The notes: generated by a model from the sequence alone, not told the origin. Numbered from the whole stretch's first letter, positions 1 through 12,703 are shown. The stretch is DNA of 63,928 nucleotides, filler included, from Octopus bimaculoides (GCF_001194135.2; 8 parts of 8 records of this genome joined end to end with filler, not necessarily neighbours in it), one strand, 5' to 3'. Numbers and translations are program-made.

Positions 1-31
<31 letters not shown>

Positions 32-719
32 TATGCAGAGAATGCTGTATTGTGTGTACATCCCTAGAAAACACGAAGAAGATTGGAATATTGCTTTTGT
101 CCAGTCGCTCGTTCATCAGACATAATCCGGAGCCAAAATCCAGAATATTATTTACCAGTGCTAGAAATGTCCATCTCTTCAGTGATCATGGGTAACTACG
201 CTAAACAACGCTAAAATCCAAACAACAGAGCTTTTGCATCAGTTCAAGCAACTTTTAAATATTGCATCATAATCCCTTGAGAGTTTCTTTTAAGCACGCA
301 GTGGAAAAGTCCAACAACGGATTATGACGACATACATGAAAGACTGGCGTCGGGCTATTGCGTACGTCAGCAGAAAATTATGCAAGTCTATACTTCTAGC
401 ACAGAAATGTAGACCACATAATTAGTCTACTCTTGAAAAACAACAGGGATATTATCACCGTTTGTAATGTGCATGTTTTTGCCATATAAAAGCGCGAAAT
501 AAAGAAATACCCGATGCCCAGAGGGTTAGGAATGCAATTAAACCGTCAAGATGTAACAGGATATAATCGATTTGCAGGAATAATAAATGTCGATGTCACT
601 CACATCTTCATAAGAAGCTGTTCGAAAATGTCTTCGTTGTATTGCTTTACTTAAAATTCTTAACGAGAATAAATACTCTGAATTTCTATTTGTCTGATGT
701 TATTTATATTTTTTCACAG

Positions 720-771
720 AACCGTTTCATCTCCAAGAAATCTCTTGACGATAAACCTGATGACACACCAA
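720..771 (+). CDS. Internal 52-nt exon of short-chain collagen C4-like paralog A (NRFISKKSLDDKPDDTP)
   Basis: ttttcacag acceptor and gtaag donor; phase 0 to phase 1 joins the 2821 exon in frame; conserved at 7894-7945 (one synonymous, one R/H change). Confidence 0.65.
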
Positions 772-1639
772 GTAAGAACTAATTTTATATCGTACAGGAC
801 GACAACATGGAAGATATGTTCGGGAATGAGATAAAATATTTAAAAAGTAGTCAATTTTCAGTTCAACAGTGTTTAGCTGAAGTCATTTACCCGTGTCTCC
901 TTACCTTTATAATTTATAATTTCACCAACGTTGAATTGGCTCTACATCACTATTCATATTTCTTCAGGAATATATACTAAGATTAAATTTATTTAAAAAT
1001 ATATTCTACTTTACAATAATTTCCTTAATGAAATGTAACTCTATTATACTATGGCATTAATTGTGTGTATATGAGTATGTGTGCAGGGCTACGTCCCCCT
1101 CTTCATCTGCGAACCCAATGCCGAAGCTGGCGCTTCACTGTATTTATATCTACAAGTTAGCACACTGCTCAGTCTTGTGCTTTCAATCACCCGAGAATAG
1201 AGACCCGAAATAATGATGTTCCATTTTCATGCAGAGTGTATGTTAGTCATCCCTGACTTGGACCACTCAGCAACCAACACATTCAAAGCTAACAATGCTT
1301 CTACTGAAGTCCAACATTCACATTGAAAATGTTTGGCTTTTACACAAATACAAACGATTGGGCCTCCGTATAAGTATTTTACGGCAAGCAGTATTTTCCC
1401 CTTAATCTCACCTTCCTGGTAAATCATCCGCAACATGTCAAATAACCCGTAACCTTATTCCTTTTCGTGATTTACAGCGTATTCCCCTTGGAAATACTTC
1501 AATGTTTCCTCGAAGATCTACCTTTGAACGAATATCTGGTCGGGTGTACTGCGTCCAGGACAGTAATTTTGGGCGCAGGTACCCTTATAAATAACCGTAT
1601 CTTAAAACAATATTTATATCATAGAGAGTCCGTTTCCTG

Positions 1640-2030
1640 CACAGAAGGCTAGCATGGCCGCCCCATTAAGTTCAGTGACGACATTCCGCCTAATCAATCC
1701 TTCTTACGGTTATCAATAGCAAGGTGTGCACTCAAGTCTCCTTGCAGGACAAATGACTTTACCCCAGATATATTTAAATCTGAGGTGACTTCGTTAAGGA
1801 AGGTGTTGTATGTGTCCTCGCTTTTTGTTGCATTTACGTGCTGCAGTCACAGCGGTCCTTCATTCAACCTTAGCTTCAAGAGTTTGATCCTCACACCTAG
1901 TGGTATTCACTCCATAATACAATCCGAAAGCCGGGGATTGAGAGTGTCCTAATCCCAACTGTACAGACATTGTTGGCACCACACTTGCGTAGTGGAGTTT
2001 CAAGCCTATATCCAAGTGTACGCTATCGGA
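1640..2030 (-). mobile_element. Degenerate LINE remnant (possible APE endonuclease fragment) in intron of paralog A
   Basis: Minus-strand translation has many stops but includes QGDLSAHL, resembling the GDFNAH motif of APE endonucleases; weak. Confidence 0.3.
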
Positions 2031-2820
2031 ACAACGAAATTTTGTAGAGGAGACACCGATTATATCTAACTAGCAGATTATATCTAACAATTTTGACATT
2101 TTAATTCTCAATTATTAACGGTTATTCTCTTCTTGACCTGCTTTGGGCTGCTGGGACCGCAAATTTTGTACTCCCTCCCCAAACATCCCAAATTACATTG
2201 CAGATTTCTTGCTGGTTGCACCAGCATTGGGTGTGGTGAGTAATATATTTATTGAATGGGTTCCTCTACTCAAGATCCGGATGCGATACCTTTTAACTCA
2301 CTCGACAGATGATGCGGTATGGTTGTTCTTTCGAATCTTTTTCATATTGTAGTTATGATGGCCTTATTTGCGCCAAGCACCAAGCTGATATTTATAACTG
2401 ATCGATGTATATTCGCATCAGGTGCCAAGAATTGATAATATTGAATACATATCTATTAAAAAAGAATTTTGACATTATTCTTTTGAGAAATATATATGTT
2501 CACATCCAGCTTAACGTACATAAATACATCCATTCATAGGGGAGACAAATACACATTCTGATATGCTGAGATTAATCTCCGAAATCTTTGACATCAACGT
2601 CAACAGTAGGCTCAATAGACACATAACTTTGTTCTTCCTTTATAATTTATTCTTATCTTTTACATCTGTCATTCTGACTTTCATTCATTCACTCTTTCTT
2701 TCTCTCTTAAATTCTATATTTCTCTCTTCTCTATCAATTCCTTCCCATCCAACAACCTGCTTTCTTGATGATTCACTAATTCTTTCTTTCAAACTACATT
2801 GTTTCATTTAAATTTCACAG

Positions 2821-2895
2821 GACCAGGTGTTGGATCACTGTATACCCGGTGGGGCAGAACAACTTGTCCTCCTCATTCAAAACTTGTATATGAAG
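2821..2895 (+). CDS. 75-nt exon of short-chain collagen C4-like paralog A (PGVGSLYTRWGRTTCPPHSKLVYEG)
   Basis: tttcacag acceptor, gttagt donor, phase 1/1; encodes the family's Y-x-RWGR-x-x-CP...LVY-x-G N-terminal motif. Confidence 0.9.
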
Positions 2896-4434
2896 GTTAG
2901 TATACTCTGTAATTCTGTCCTCTCTCTCTCTCTTCTTTTTCTGTTTCTCCTATTCTCTCTTTGTGTCGTCTCCTTTCTCTCTCTACCTCTCTCTCACGCA
3001 CACACACTCACTCTTTTCCGGGTTGTCTGATATAAACATACACAAACCATCTTATGATATATTACGTTTCAAACGATACCTATAGATTCCATAGAGACTA
3101 CACAAGACTGCTTACTTCTTTGTAGGTATTTGGTCAAAACAGAATTTTATATGTTGTCTATTAAGGACCAGGTGAAAAGGATGTTGTCTAACCTCAGAAT
3201 ATAGATATCTGTAAGTTAAATTACAAATAGGGGATAGACTGAAGTCCAGTGTAGCGAACAAGAATTCCAGGCTGGCTAGCTATGGATTGTAGATATCAAA
3301 TGCTGAGTCTGTTAACTGTTGTTATCAACTGAAGTGGTTACAAGCGGTGAGATTGTACGTGAGTGACCACAGGTGAAGGCTGACAGCTTGAGTAACATTA
3401 ACTAGAATGTCCAATGAGTGTAATCATGGCCCAAATTGAACACGGTCTATTGGAATTGATGACAATGACTGTAAATGTTTAATGAAATGAACACAAAATG
3501 TATAATGTGGACTGGACAAGCCACATACTGTAACTAATGGGAAAAACTGATTGAGGGCTGTATTTATTAAGTAAAATATAGAGAGACTAAGTATTACTGA
3601 GAGAACACAACTGAGTACAGAGTGCACTTCTATTCTTCTCCGCCTCAGCGAAATCGTCCTATACCTCAAATCTTTCTCTTTTCGTGCACCACCTCACCTC
3701 ATTAATTGTCCAGTTTATCTTTGTAAAGTAATTCTGACATTTCCAATTCAAAGCAGCTGCTTACCACCTTTTCTCTAATCAACCTCACATCCTTTGAAAA
3801 TACTCTTAATCTGTTCTCTATAAACCCTACGCATATTATTTATCGGTCGCCGACTCAGCTGTCCATTCATCTTAAGCAATATGTCCTCACTGAACTTCAC
3901 AATTCTCCACCCCCACCTCGTTCATGTATTGCATGAAATAAAGTCTGTGTGATCAAAATGAGTATGTACGCCTGACTGGTCCGAGACTAACCGATAGGTT
4001 TAGCCACCCACACGCGTTTGGTCGACTCAACANNNNNNNNNNNNNNNNNNNNNNNNNNNNNNNNNNNNNNNNNNNNNNNNNNNNNNNNNNNNNNNNNNNN
4101 NNNNNNNNNNNNNNNNNNNNNNNNNNNNNNNNCTAACATCACACACAAACGTCTACCCCATGCAATACACATCACAACCACATATACCTACCTGTATACA
4201 CACAACATATATACATGAAGAGAAGACAAACGCACAGCTGCGAACTCATGCATACTCTCATACAGCAACACTCAGCTTACACTCACATAAACACTAACAC
4301 ATACACCACAATTCGTTCACGAGTGAGGATAAGATAACTTCTTTTAAGTGTCTACCTGTAATCAATGCTTCTGTTATTTCATATATAACTTTACTTTATA
4401 TCTTATTTACTTGATATATACTTATCTATTCTAG

Positions 4435-4934
4435 GTGTGGCTAGTGGAGAATGGTGGGACCACTCAGGTGGCGGAAGTAATCTCTTATGTCTACCTAACG
4501 ATCCGATTTGGGCCAATTATACTACAAAAGTTGAAGAAGGAGGTTTGATTTATGGCAGTGAATATCAACTTCAAAATTACGACACTAATAAACTCTTTTC
4601 TTTTGCTAACGCTAAATCACTTAATAATCACAACATTCCGTGTGCTGTCTGTTTGACACGACAACCTGCTGTTGTTATGATGTTACCAGCCAGGACACAG
4701 TGTTACCCTGGTTGGACAACTGAGTATTCAGGATATTTGATGACCAATTATCACGGATATAAGGGCAGACAAGAATATGTCTGTGTGGACTATGCACCAG
4801 AAGCTGATCCAGCCGGTTACAGAAACGAAGATGGAGCTTTATTACATTTCGTTCAGGCTGTTTGTGGTTCATTGCCATGTCCACCGTATGTCAATGGTCA
4901 AGAATTAACCTGCGTTGTGTGCAGTAAATATTGA
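4435..4934 (+). CDS. Terminal coding exon, spongin short-chain collagen/NC1-related ('short-chain collagen C4'-like) domain protein, paralog A
   Basis: ctag acceptor; motifs GGGSNLLCLP, PCAVC, PARTQCYPGW, EYSGYLM, YVCVD, CGSLPCPPY, LTCVVCS; stop TGA at 4932-4934. Confidence 0.92.
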
Positions 4935-4978
4935 ATAGAAATTAAATTCATTTCCATATGAAAATATGTGTGAAGTAC

Positions 4979-4984
4979 AATAAA
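4979..4984 (+). terminator. Candidate poly(A) signal of paralog A
   Basis: AATAAA 44 nt after the stop codon; also present in the inverted paralog C flank. Confidence 0.45.
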
Positions 4985-5500
4985 TAATATAAAATTTTAA
5001 TTGTGTTACCTAATATTTTCCTTAAAATACGTCTATCGTTAAAATAAAACGTACTAGTATTCAGAAAGAATTCGTTTAACAGTATTTTCTGTTCTGTCTC
5101 ATAATTCAACAAACCACCAAATAAAGCACCACCATATAAGTATATCAGCTTTTTTTTTTTTCACAGCCTTAGAAAATCTTATACTTGACGCTACTGGGTT
5201 TTTAGATTACAACTCGGATTCTGACAAGGACCATGAACCACCACATTACGTAGCACAGAAAATACACGGTCGCTTCAACAACAACCAGTTACTTTGACAC
5301 ATACCATTCTATTTGCCATTGATAATCAGCAAAGCCTTCCGCTCCGTTCCTACCTCTCATCTATTTAAGTTATTTATCATCACCTTTAGAAATATCACAA
5401 AATGTTCTAAGGATCTGAGACTGGAATTTACATGAACTATCTTTCAAAAAGCAGGATAACTAAGTATTGGTTCTCCCAACCTGTATCTATATACCCTTAC

Positions 5501-6360
5501 CAGTGGTGTAGCTAGGGTAAATGACGCCCACGGCAAAGCCAAAATTTGTGCCCCCNNNNNNNNNNATTTCCAAACCTAACCCATCCAACCCATTTTAAAG
5601 AGAAAACGAAACAGTTATTTAGCCAGAAAATATTCATAAAATTTATTTATTCAGAAAGTAGACATTGACTATTTTAAAGGAGTCTCTTCTAGCTTTCTTC
5701 GACGCGAAGTTGTCAATGATACAATCGAAAGTGGTGTTCTTCACGTCTTCTCGCTCGATGCTCAGCAACGCGATGTCACGGAGTCTTCCTTGTGTCACAG
5801 CAGCTCGCAGGAAGGATGTGATCAGGTTCAGCCTTCTGAAGGATCTCTCGCAACCAGCAATGGAAACAGCTCCTGTCAGCAGAATTTGTATCGCGACACG
5901 AAGATTAGGGAACACACTCTCATCTCCATATTGGACGATAAATTGGAGAAGCTCCTCAGGATTTGATATTTGGAAGTGTTCGCGACCTGCAAGTAGCATT
6001 CTGCAATCGAGGATTTCTTCGAAAAGTTCGGTTGCATCAATATCATTGCTGTAGACATTTCCAAAGGTATTGCAATGTGTCTGGAAATCGATCCACAAAA
6101 CTGCCATTACGCAGAAACTGGACATCGATAAGGAAGCCAAATTTGGCGTCAAGATCGTGCGGCCGGGAAAACCTCGCGTTCATTTCTTTAAGAAGACGGT
6201 CAATGGCCCCATACATTGTTTTTTGCGTGTTATTTTTTGTTGTCAGCTCAGCGTTGATGGAAACATCGTGAATTACACATTGAGATCTTGGACATGGCTT
6301 GACGTCAACTTGCCACCTTCTGCAAATGCTCAGTCTTTTTTCGAGTGAATCAGCCACGAA
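5501..6360 (-). mobile_element. Truncated hAT DNA transposon (transposase C-terminal dimerization domain, ZMYM1-like) with one terminus
   Basis: ORF 5643-6152 has FPNLRVAIQILLT...CERSFRRL...QGRL..IALLSIERE, typical of the hAT dimerization domain; CAGTGGTGTAGCTAGGG at 5501 resembles a hAT TIR; second end not seen. Confidence 0.8.
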
Positions 6361-6551
6361 AATTAAATAACAACATTAGTAAATAAACGTAATACATCCA
6401 GAAACTGGAATCCTTTCATTTTACACGTTTCTGTCAGTCATAAATATATTATGCTAATTATTCTGTGACAATATGAAACCACCTCTTTCCAATAATTAAA
6501 CCTGTCATATAAGTTCACACCCACTTTTACAGGTGTAGCAATCCCATTGGT

Positions 6552-6734
6552 TCATAAAGTTACGATAAGATTTATGACAGAGCCGGGTTGTTGTGCGCTC
6601 AATAAATACGTGGAATTCAGTGACAGGTCTTCACTTAGATCTCGCTCTCGATCTATTGTGGAAGCCACACGAAGTATCACGTACGACCGACAACTGTCAC
6701 CAGAATGGATTTCGCACAACTGTCCAGGAATATT
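6552..6734 (-). other. Unidentified coding-like segment X1 (NIPGQLCEIHSGDSCRSYVILRVASTIDR...); 5' part hidden in N gap; possibly pseudogenised
   Basis: 23/29 aa identical to X2 (15800-15886) with 8 synonymous versus 6 non-synonymous codon differences; 7-nt insertion and GT>CT change where X2 has its stop/GTAAGT. Confidence 0.45.
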
Positions 6735-7106
6735 NNNNNNNNNNNNNNNNNNNNNNNNNNNNNNNNNNNNNNNNNNNNNNNNNNNNNNNNNNNNNNNNNN
6801 NNNNNNNNNNNNNNNNNNNNNNNNNNNNNNNNNNNNNNNNNNNNNNNNNNNNNNNNNNNNNNNNNNNNNNNNNNNNNNNNNNNNNNNNNNNNNNNNNNNN
6901 NNNNNNNNNNNNNNNNNNNNNNNNNNNNNNNNNNNNNNNNNNNNNNNNNNNNNNNNNNNNNNNNNNNNNNNNNNNNNNNNNNNNNNNNNNNNNNNNNNNN
7001 NNNNNNNNNNNNNNNNNNNNNNNNNNNNNNNNNNNNNNNNNNNNNNNNNNNNNNNNNNNNNNNNNNNNNNNNNNNNNNNNNNNNNNNNNNNNNNNNNNNN
7101 NNNNNN

Positions 7107-7164
<58 letters not shown>

Positions 7165-7166
7165 TG

Positions 7167-7200
<34 letters not shown>

Positions 7201-7893
7201 TATATGTACCTTTGCAAATAGATAGATAGATAGATAGATGAAAACATATCTCGATCGACTGGCATACAATTTCGTTAGATTAAATAATGGGAAAATTCTA
7301 TAATACTTTCACATAATCACAAACAAATATTATTGTTAAACAAATGTTAAGATTTGTAGACAGTAATTAATTATAATATGCTCTTACGTGATCTGCATTG
7401 GGTTTTACTGAAAAATAGAAAGGAATGAATTGGGAAATGACTATATGCAGAACAATTGTACAATAAAAGCAATTTGAGTTATTGTTAATGACCAACAATA
7501 GATTAGGACGGCGTACATGAAAGTTTGGCGTCGAGCTATTGCGTACGTCAGCAGAAAATTATGCAGGTCTACATTTCTGTGCTAGAAATGTAGACCACGA
7601 AATTAGTCTACTCTCAACAAAACAACAGCGATATTAGCTCCGTTTATAATGTGTATGTTTTTGCTATGTAAATGCATGAAATAAAGAAATACTTGATACC
7701 CAGAGATCTAGGAATGCAAGTAAACCGCCAAGATGTAACAGGATATAATCGACTTGCTGGAATAATATATGTCGATGTCACTCACATCTTCATAAGAAGC
7801 TGTTCGAAAATGTCTTCATTGGATTTTAGATTCTAAACGAGAATAAATAATGTGAAATTTTATTTGTTTGATGCTATTTTAATTTTTTCACAG

Positions 7894-7945
7894 AACCATT
7901 TCATCTCCAAGAAATCTCTCGACGATAAACCTGATGACACACCAA
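7894..7945 (+). CDS. Internal 52-nt exon of paralog B (NHFISKKSLDDKPDDTP)
   Basis: ttttcacag acceptor and gtaag donor; homologous to 720-771. Confidence 0.65.
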
Positions 7946-9805
7946 GTAAGAACAAAAACATTAAGAAGTGTTCGGGGATGAGACTAAATATTAAAAAAGT
8001 ATTCAGGTTTCAATTCTACAGTGTTTAGCTAAAGTCATTCTCCCGTATCTCCATACCTTTATAATTTATAATTTCACCAACATCGAATTGGCTCAACATC
8101 ACTGTCCATATTTTATCAATAATATATACCAAGACACTTGCATAAATTTATTTAAAAGTATATTCTACTTAACAATAATTTCCTTAATGAAATGTAACTC
8201 TATTATACTATGGCATTAATTGTGTGTATATGAGTATGTGTGCAGGGCTACATCCCCCTCTTCATCTGAGAATCGAATGCCGAAGATGGCGCTTCAATGT
8301 GTTTATATCTACAATTTAGTAAACTTTTCAGTCTTGTGCTTCCAATCACTCGTGAATAGAGACCCGAAATAATGATGCTCCACTTTCATATAGAGTGTAT
8401 GTCATCCTGTCTTGGAGCACTCGGCAGCCAACCCATTCAATGCATGTTGGAGGCGACCCTGCGGTGAGTCAGGTCGCAACATGTCGTCTGCAAATGGCAG
8501 TCAACCGATCTCATACAGATGACCAAAGATACCTCTACCACAATGGCTGCGCATGTCCATCCAGATCATAAAAATTATGAAAAGGAGGACTAACAATGCA
8601 TACTTATATTGAAGTTCAACATCCACATTGAAAACATCTGGCTTTTACACAAATACAAATATTTGGGCCTCTGTATATGTATATTACGACAACCAGTATT
8701 ATCCCCTTAATCTCACCTTCCTGGTAAATCATCCGCAACATGTCAAATGACCCGTAATCTTATGCCTTTTCGTGGTTTACAGTGTATTCCCTTTGGAAAT
8801 ACTTCAATGTTTTCTCGAAGATCTGCCTTTGAACGAATATCTGGTCGGGTGTACTTTGACCAGTATAGTAATTTTGGGCGCGACAATTTCACTACATATC
8901 TTTTCCAGACATCTAGTATAGACTTCCCTATAATTAGAGCAAACTCTTAGGTCTCTGCTTAAAACATTTGTGATTATCATCCCTATTACTATTACCTTGG
9001 TGTCCAGAGGTCTGATCCACCTAGCATACATGGGTCACTCATAGAATACGTTATCGGAGCAGCGAAATTTTGTAGAGGAGACACCGATTATATCTAACTA
9101 TTTTGACATTTTAATTCTCAATTATTAACGGTTGTTCCCTTCTTGACCTGCTTTGGGCTCCTGGAACCGCAAAGTTTGTACTCCCTTCCCAAACATCCCA
9201 AATTACATTGCAGACTTCTTGCTGGTTGCACCGGCATTGGGTGGGGTGATCCAGATGCGATACCTTTTAACTCACTCGACAGATGATGCGGTATGGTTGT
9301 TCTTTCGAATCTTTTTCATATTGTAGTTATGATGGCCTTATTTGCGCCAAGCACAAAGCTGATATTTGTAACTGATCGATGTATATTCGCATCAGGTGCC
9401 AAGAATTGATAATATTGAATACATATCTATTAAAAAAGAATTTTGACATTATTCTTTTGAGAAATATATATGTTCACATCCAGCTTAACGTACATAAATA
9501 CATCCATTCATAGGGGAGACAAATNNNNNNNNNNNNNNNNNNNNNNNNNNNNNNNNNNNNNNNNNNNNNNNNNNNNNNNNNNNNNNNNNNNNNNNNNNNN
9601 NNNNNNNNNNNNNNNNNNNNNNNNNNNNNNNNNNNNNNNNNNTTTTACATCTGTCATTCTGACTTTCATTCATTCACTCTTTCTTTCTCTCTTAAATTCT
9701 ATATTTCTCTCTTCTCTATCAATTCCTTCCCATCCAACAACCTGCTTTCTTGATGATTCACTAATTCTTTCTTTCAAACTACATTGTTTCATTTAAATTT
9801 CACAG

Positions 9806-9880
9806 GACCAGGTGTTGGATCACTGTATACCCGGTGGGGCAGAACAACTTGTCCTCCTCATTCAAAACTTGTATATGAAG
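9806..9880 (+). CDS. 75-nt exon of paralog B (identical to 2821-2895)
   Basis: cacag acceptor, gttagt donor, YTRWGRTTCPP motif. Confidence 0.88.
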
Positions 9881-10919
9881 GTTAGTATACTCTGTAATTC
9901 TGTCCTCTCTCTCTCTCTTCTTTTTCTGTTTCTCCTATTCTCTCTTTGTGTCGTCTCCTTTCTGTCTCTACTTCTCTCTCTCTCTCTCTCTCTCACGCGC
10001 GCACGCACGCACTCACGCACGTTACGCACGCACACACACACACACATGCACACACACTCTTTTCCGGGTTGTCTGATATAAACATACACAAACCATCTTA
10101 TGATATATTACGTTTCAAACGATACCTATAGATTCCATAGAGACTACACAAGACTCCTTACTCCTTTCTAGGTGTTTAGTCAAAACAAAAATAAAAAATA
10201 AGAAATAAGTGGAAATTTTACCGGTGAGTGTGTTAAATTTTAAGGCACAATAAGAAAATGACTCTCCCCAGACACAACAGAATATGCTTCAACACACGAA
10301 ATCACATAAAAAATCTTGCAAACCAAATCCCAAAACGAAAGAATTTTAAATGTTGTCTAGTATTGACCATGTGAAAAGGATGTCGTGTAACGTGCACGTG
10401 AACATAACCACAGAGTATAGATATCTGTAAGTTAAATTACAGATAGGGGCTAGACTGAAATCCAGTATAGCGATCAAGAATTCCAGGTTGACAAGCTATG
10501 GATTGTAGATGTCAAATGTTGAGTCTGCTAACTGGTTATTAATTGTACTGGCTACGGATAATGGAATTGTACGTGAGTGACCACAGGTGAAAAGTGGCAG
10601 CTTGAGTGACAATAACTAATGTGCAAAATGATTGTAGTCATGGTCTATTGGAATTGATGACAGTGACTGTAAATGGTTAATGAAATGAACGCACAATGTA
10701 CAATGTGGACTGGACAAACCACATACTGTAACTAACGGAAAAAGCTAACTGAAGGCTGTATTTATTGAGACAAATATTGTGAGACTAAGTATTACTGAGA
10801 GAACACAACTGAATACACAGTGCACTGCAATTCTTCTCCGCCTCACCGAATTCGTCCTATACCTCAAATCTGTCTCTTTTCATGCACCACCTAACCTCAT
10901 TAATTGTCCAGTATATCTT

Positions 10920-11650
10920 TGTAAGGTAACGCCGACACTTCCAATTCAAAGCTACTGCTTCCCATCTCTTCTCCAACCAACTTCACATCCTTTGAAAATG
11001 TTGTGAATCTGTTGTCTATAAACCCTACGCATATTATTTATCGGTCGCCGACTCCGCTGTCCATTCATCTTCAAGAATATGTCCTCACTGAAAATCACAA
11101 GATTACCCTCCCCACCCCACACTGTTCATATATTGCATGAAATAAAGTCTGTGTGATCAAAAAGAGTATGTAGGTCTGACTGGTCTGAGACTAACCGATA
11201 GGTTTAGCCACCCACACGCGTTTGGTCGACTCAACANNNNNNNNNNNNNNNNNNNNNNNNNNNNNNNNNNNNNNNNNNNNNNNNNNNNNNNNNNNNNNNN
11301 NNNNNNNNNNNNNNNNNNNNNNNNNNNNNNNNNNNNAAGGTAACGCCGACACTTCCAATTCAAAGCTACTGCTTTACATCTCTTCTTCAACCACCCTCAC
11401 ATCCTTTGAAAATGTTATGAATCAGCTCTCTATAAACCCCACACATATCCTTTATCGCTTGCCAAATCTGTTGTCCATTCATGTTAAGCACTACGCCATC
11501 AATGAACTTCACAATTCACCCTCCTCACCCCCACCCAGTTCATCTATTGCATGAAATAAAATCTGTGTGATTATAACAACTATGTAGGCCCGACTCGTCC
11601 TAGACTAACCGATAGATTTAGCCACCCACACCCGTATGATCGACTAAACA
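10920..11650 (+). repeat. Intronic tandem duplication (~320 bp unit, two copies) in paralog B
   Basis: aaggtaacgccgacacttccaattcaaagctactgctt starts both 10923 and 11337; both copies run to the ...tttagccacccacac...cgact motif; single copy visible in A (3715-4032, followed by a gap). Confidence 0.7.
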
Positions 11651-11938
11651 ATAATTCATCACCTCTTACTCACAAATTCTCTGCATCTCGCCGTCTTTCG
11701 TATTCTTCTACTCACACCACCTACAATTTCTATCACCAACAATTTTTCCATTCAAGCGCGAACGACATCTTTTCCATTTCGGGAAAACACGACTACATGC
11801 GTTACAAAATCCCTTTCCTTTTTCTGTCTACTGATATCCACGCAGAAACATCTACCCCATGCAATACATATCACAACCACAAATACCTACCGTATACAGA
11901 CACACACACACACACACACACACACGTATATATATATG

Positions 11939-12354
11939 TATACATAATTAAAATTAGGGTTCAGAAAAATCTGCTTCACCACACACCAAAATTAGAAATA
12001 GTAGTTAAAACTACTATTATACTACCATAATATATCTCTCAGACAGTAGCACTCGCAACTCACACAAGCAAAAAGAAAAAAATCTATCCGGCTTTGATTA
12101 ACTGTATACGCGTTTCAGGATTAAAGAGGATATAAGATCGGGTAATATAATTTACACCTCTTTAACCCCGAAACGCGTATAAAGTTAACCAAAGCCGGGT
12201 AGATTCGTTATTTTTTCTTTTTGCTTGTGTGAGTTGCGAGTGCTACTGTCTGAGAGATATATTATGGTAGTATAATAGTAGTTTTAGCTACTATTTCTAA
12301 TTTTGGTGTGTGGTGAAGCAATTTTTTCTGAACCCTAATTTTAATTATGTTTAT
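11939..12354. mobile_element. Foldback/MITE-like element, ~190 bp inverted arms, inserted in a TA run
   Basis: 11939-12130 is a near-perfect reverse complement of 12157-12354; absent from the equivalent site of paralog A (~4200-4215). Confidence 0.85.
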
Positions 12355-12703
12355 AATCATAAAACTTTTGTATAAGTTTACCGATAATGTTTTTTAACAC
12401 ACCGAACTACTTGGTAAACTTACTAATTATTAATTAATTATTAATTTTTACCCTATATCTGTAAGAATATATATATGAAGAGTAGACAAACGCACAGCTG
12501 CGAACACATGCGCACTCTTCCACTCACATGCACACACATGCACAGCTTCCACTCACATGAAGACTAACATATACACCGCAATTCGTTCACACATGAGTAA
12601 ACACGACTTCTTTTAAGTGTCAAATTGTAATCAATGTTTCCGGTATTTCATGTATAACTTTGCTTAATATCTTTTTTCCTTGATTTATTCTTACCAATTC
12701 TAG

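Larger units (their letters stand above)
325..5493 (+). repeat. Segmental duplication unit 1 (paralog A), homologous to ~7505-13900
   Basis: Collinear similarity to 7505-13900 across upstream region, exons, introns and 3' flank; homology stops at the hAT end at 5501. Confidence 0.9.

Noticed and set aside
375-390. ATG CAA/CAG followed by GT as a two-codon first exon for paralogs A and B
   Set aside because: Phase fits, but the donor (gtctat/gtctac) is poor and there is no other support.
2827-3030. ORF MLDHCIPGGAEQ... (also 9812-10081)
   Set aside because: Wrong frame over the real 75-nt exon; it runs into intronic CT repeats.
6547-6734. Plus-strand ORF MVHKVTIRFMTEPGCC...
   Set aside because: The homologous frame at 15700-15900 has several stops; synonymous bias supports the minus frame.
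7786-7832. Minus-strand mini-exon candidate NLKSNEDIFEQLLMK with gtgagt donor (also ~595-650)
   Set aside because: Acceptor and length are not conserved between copies, and conservation is explained by the segmental duplication.
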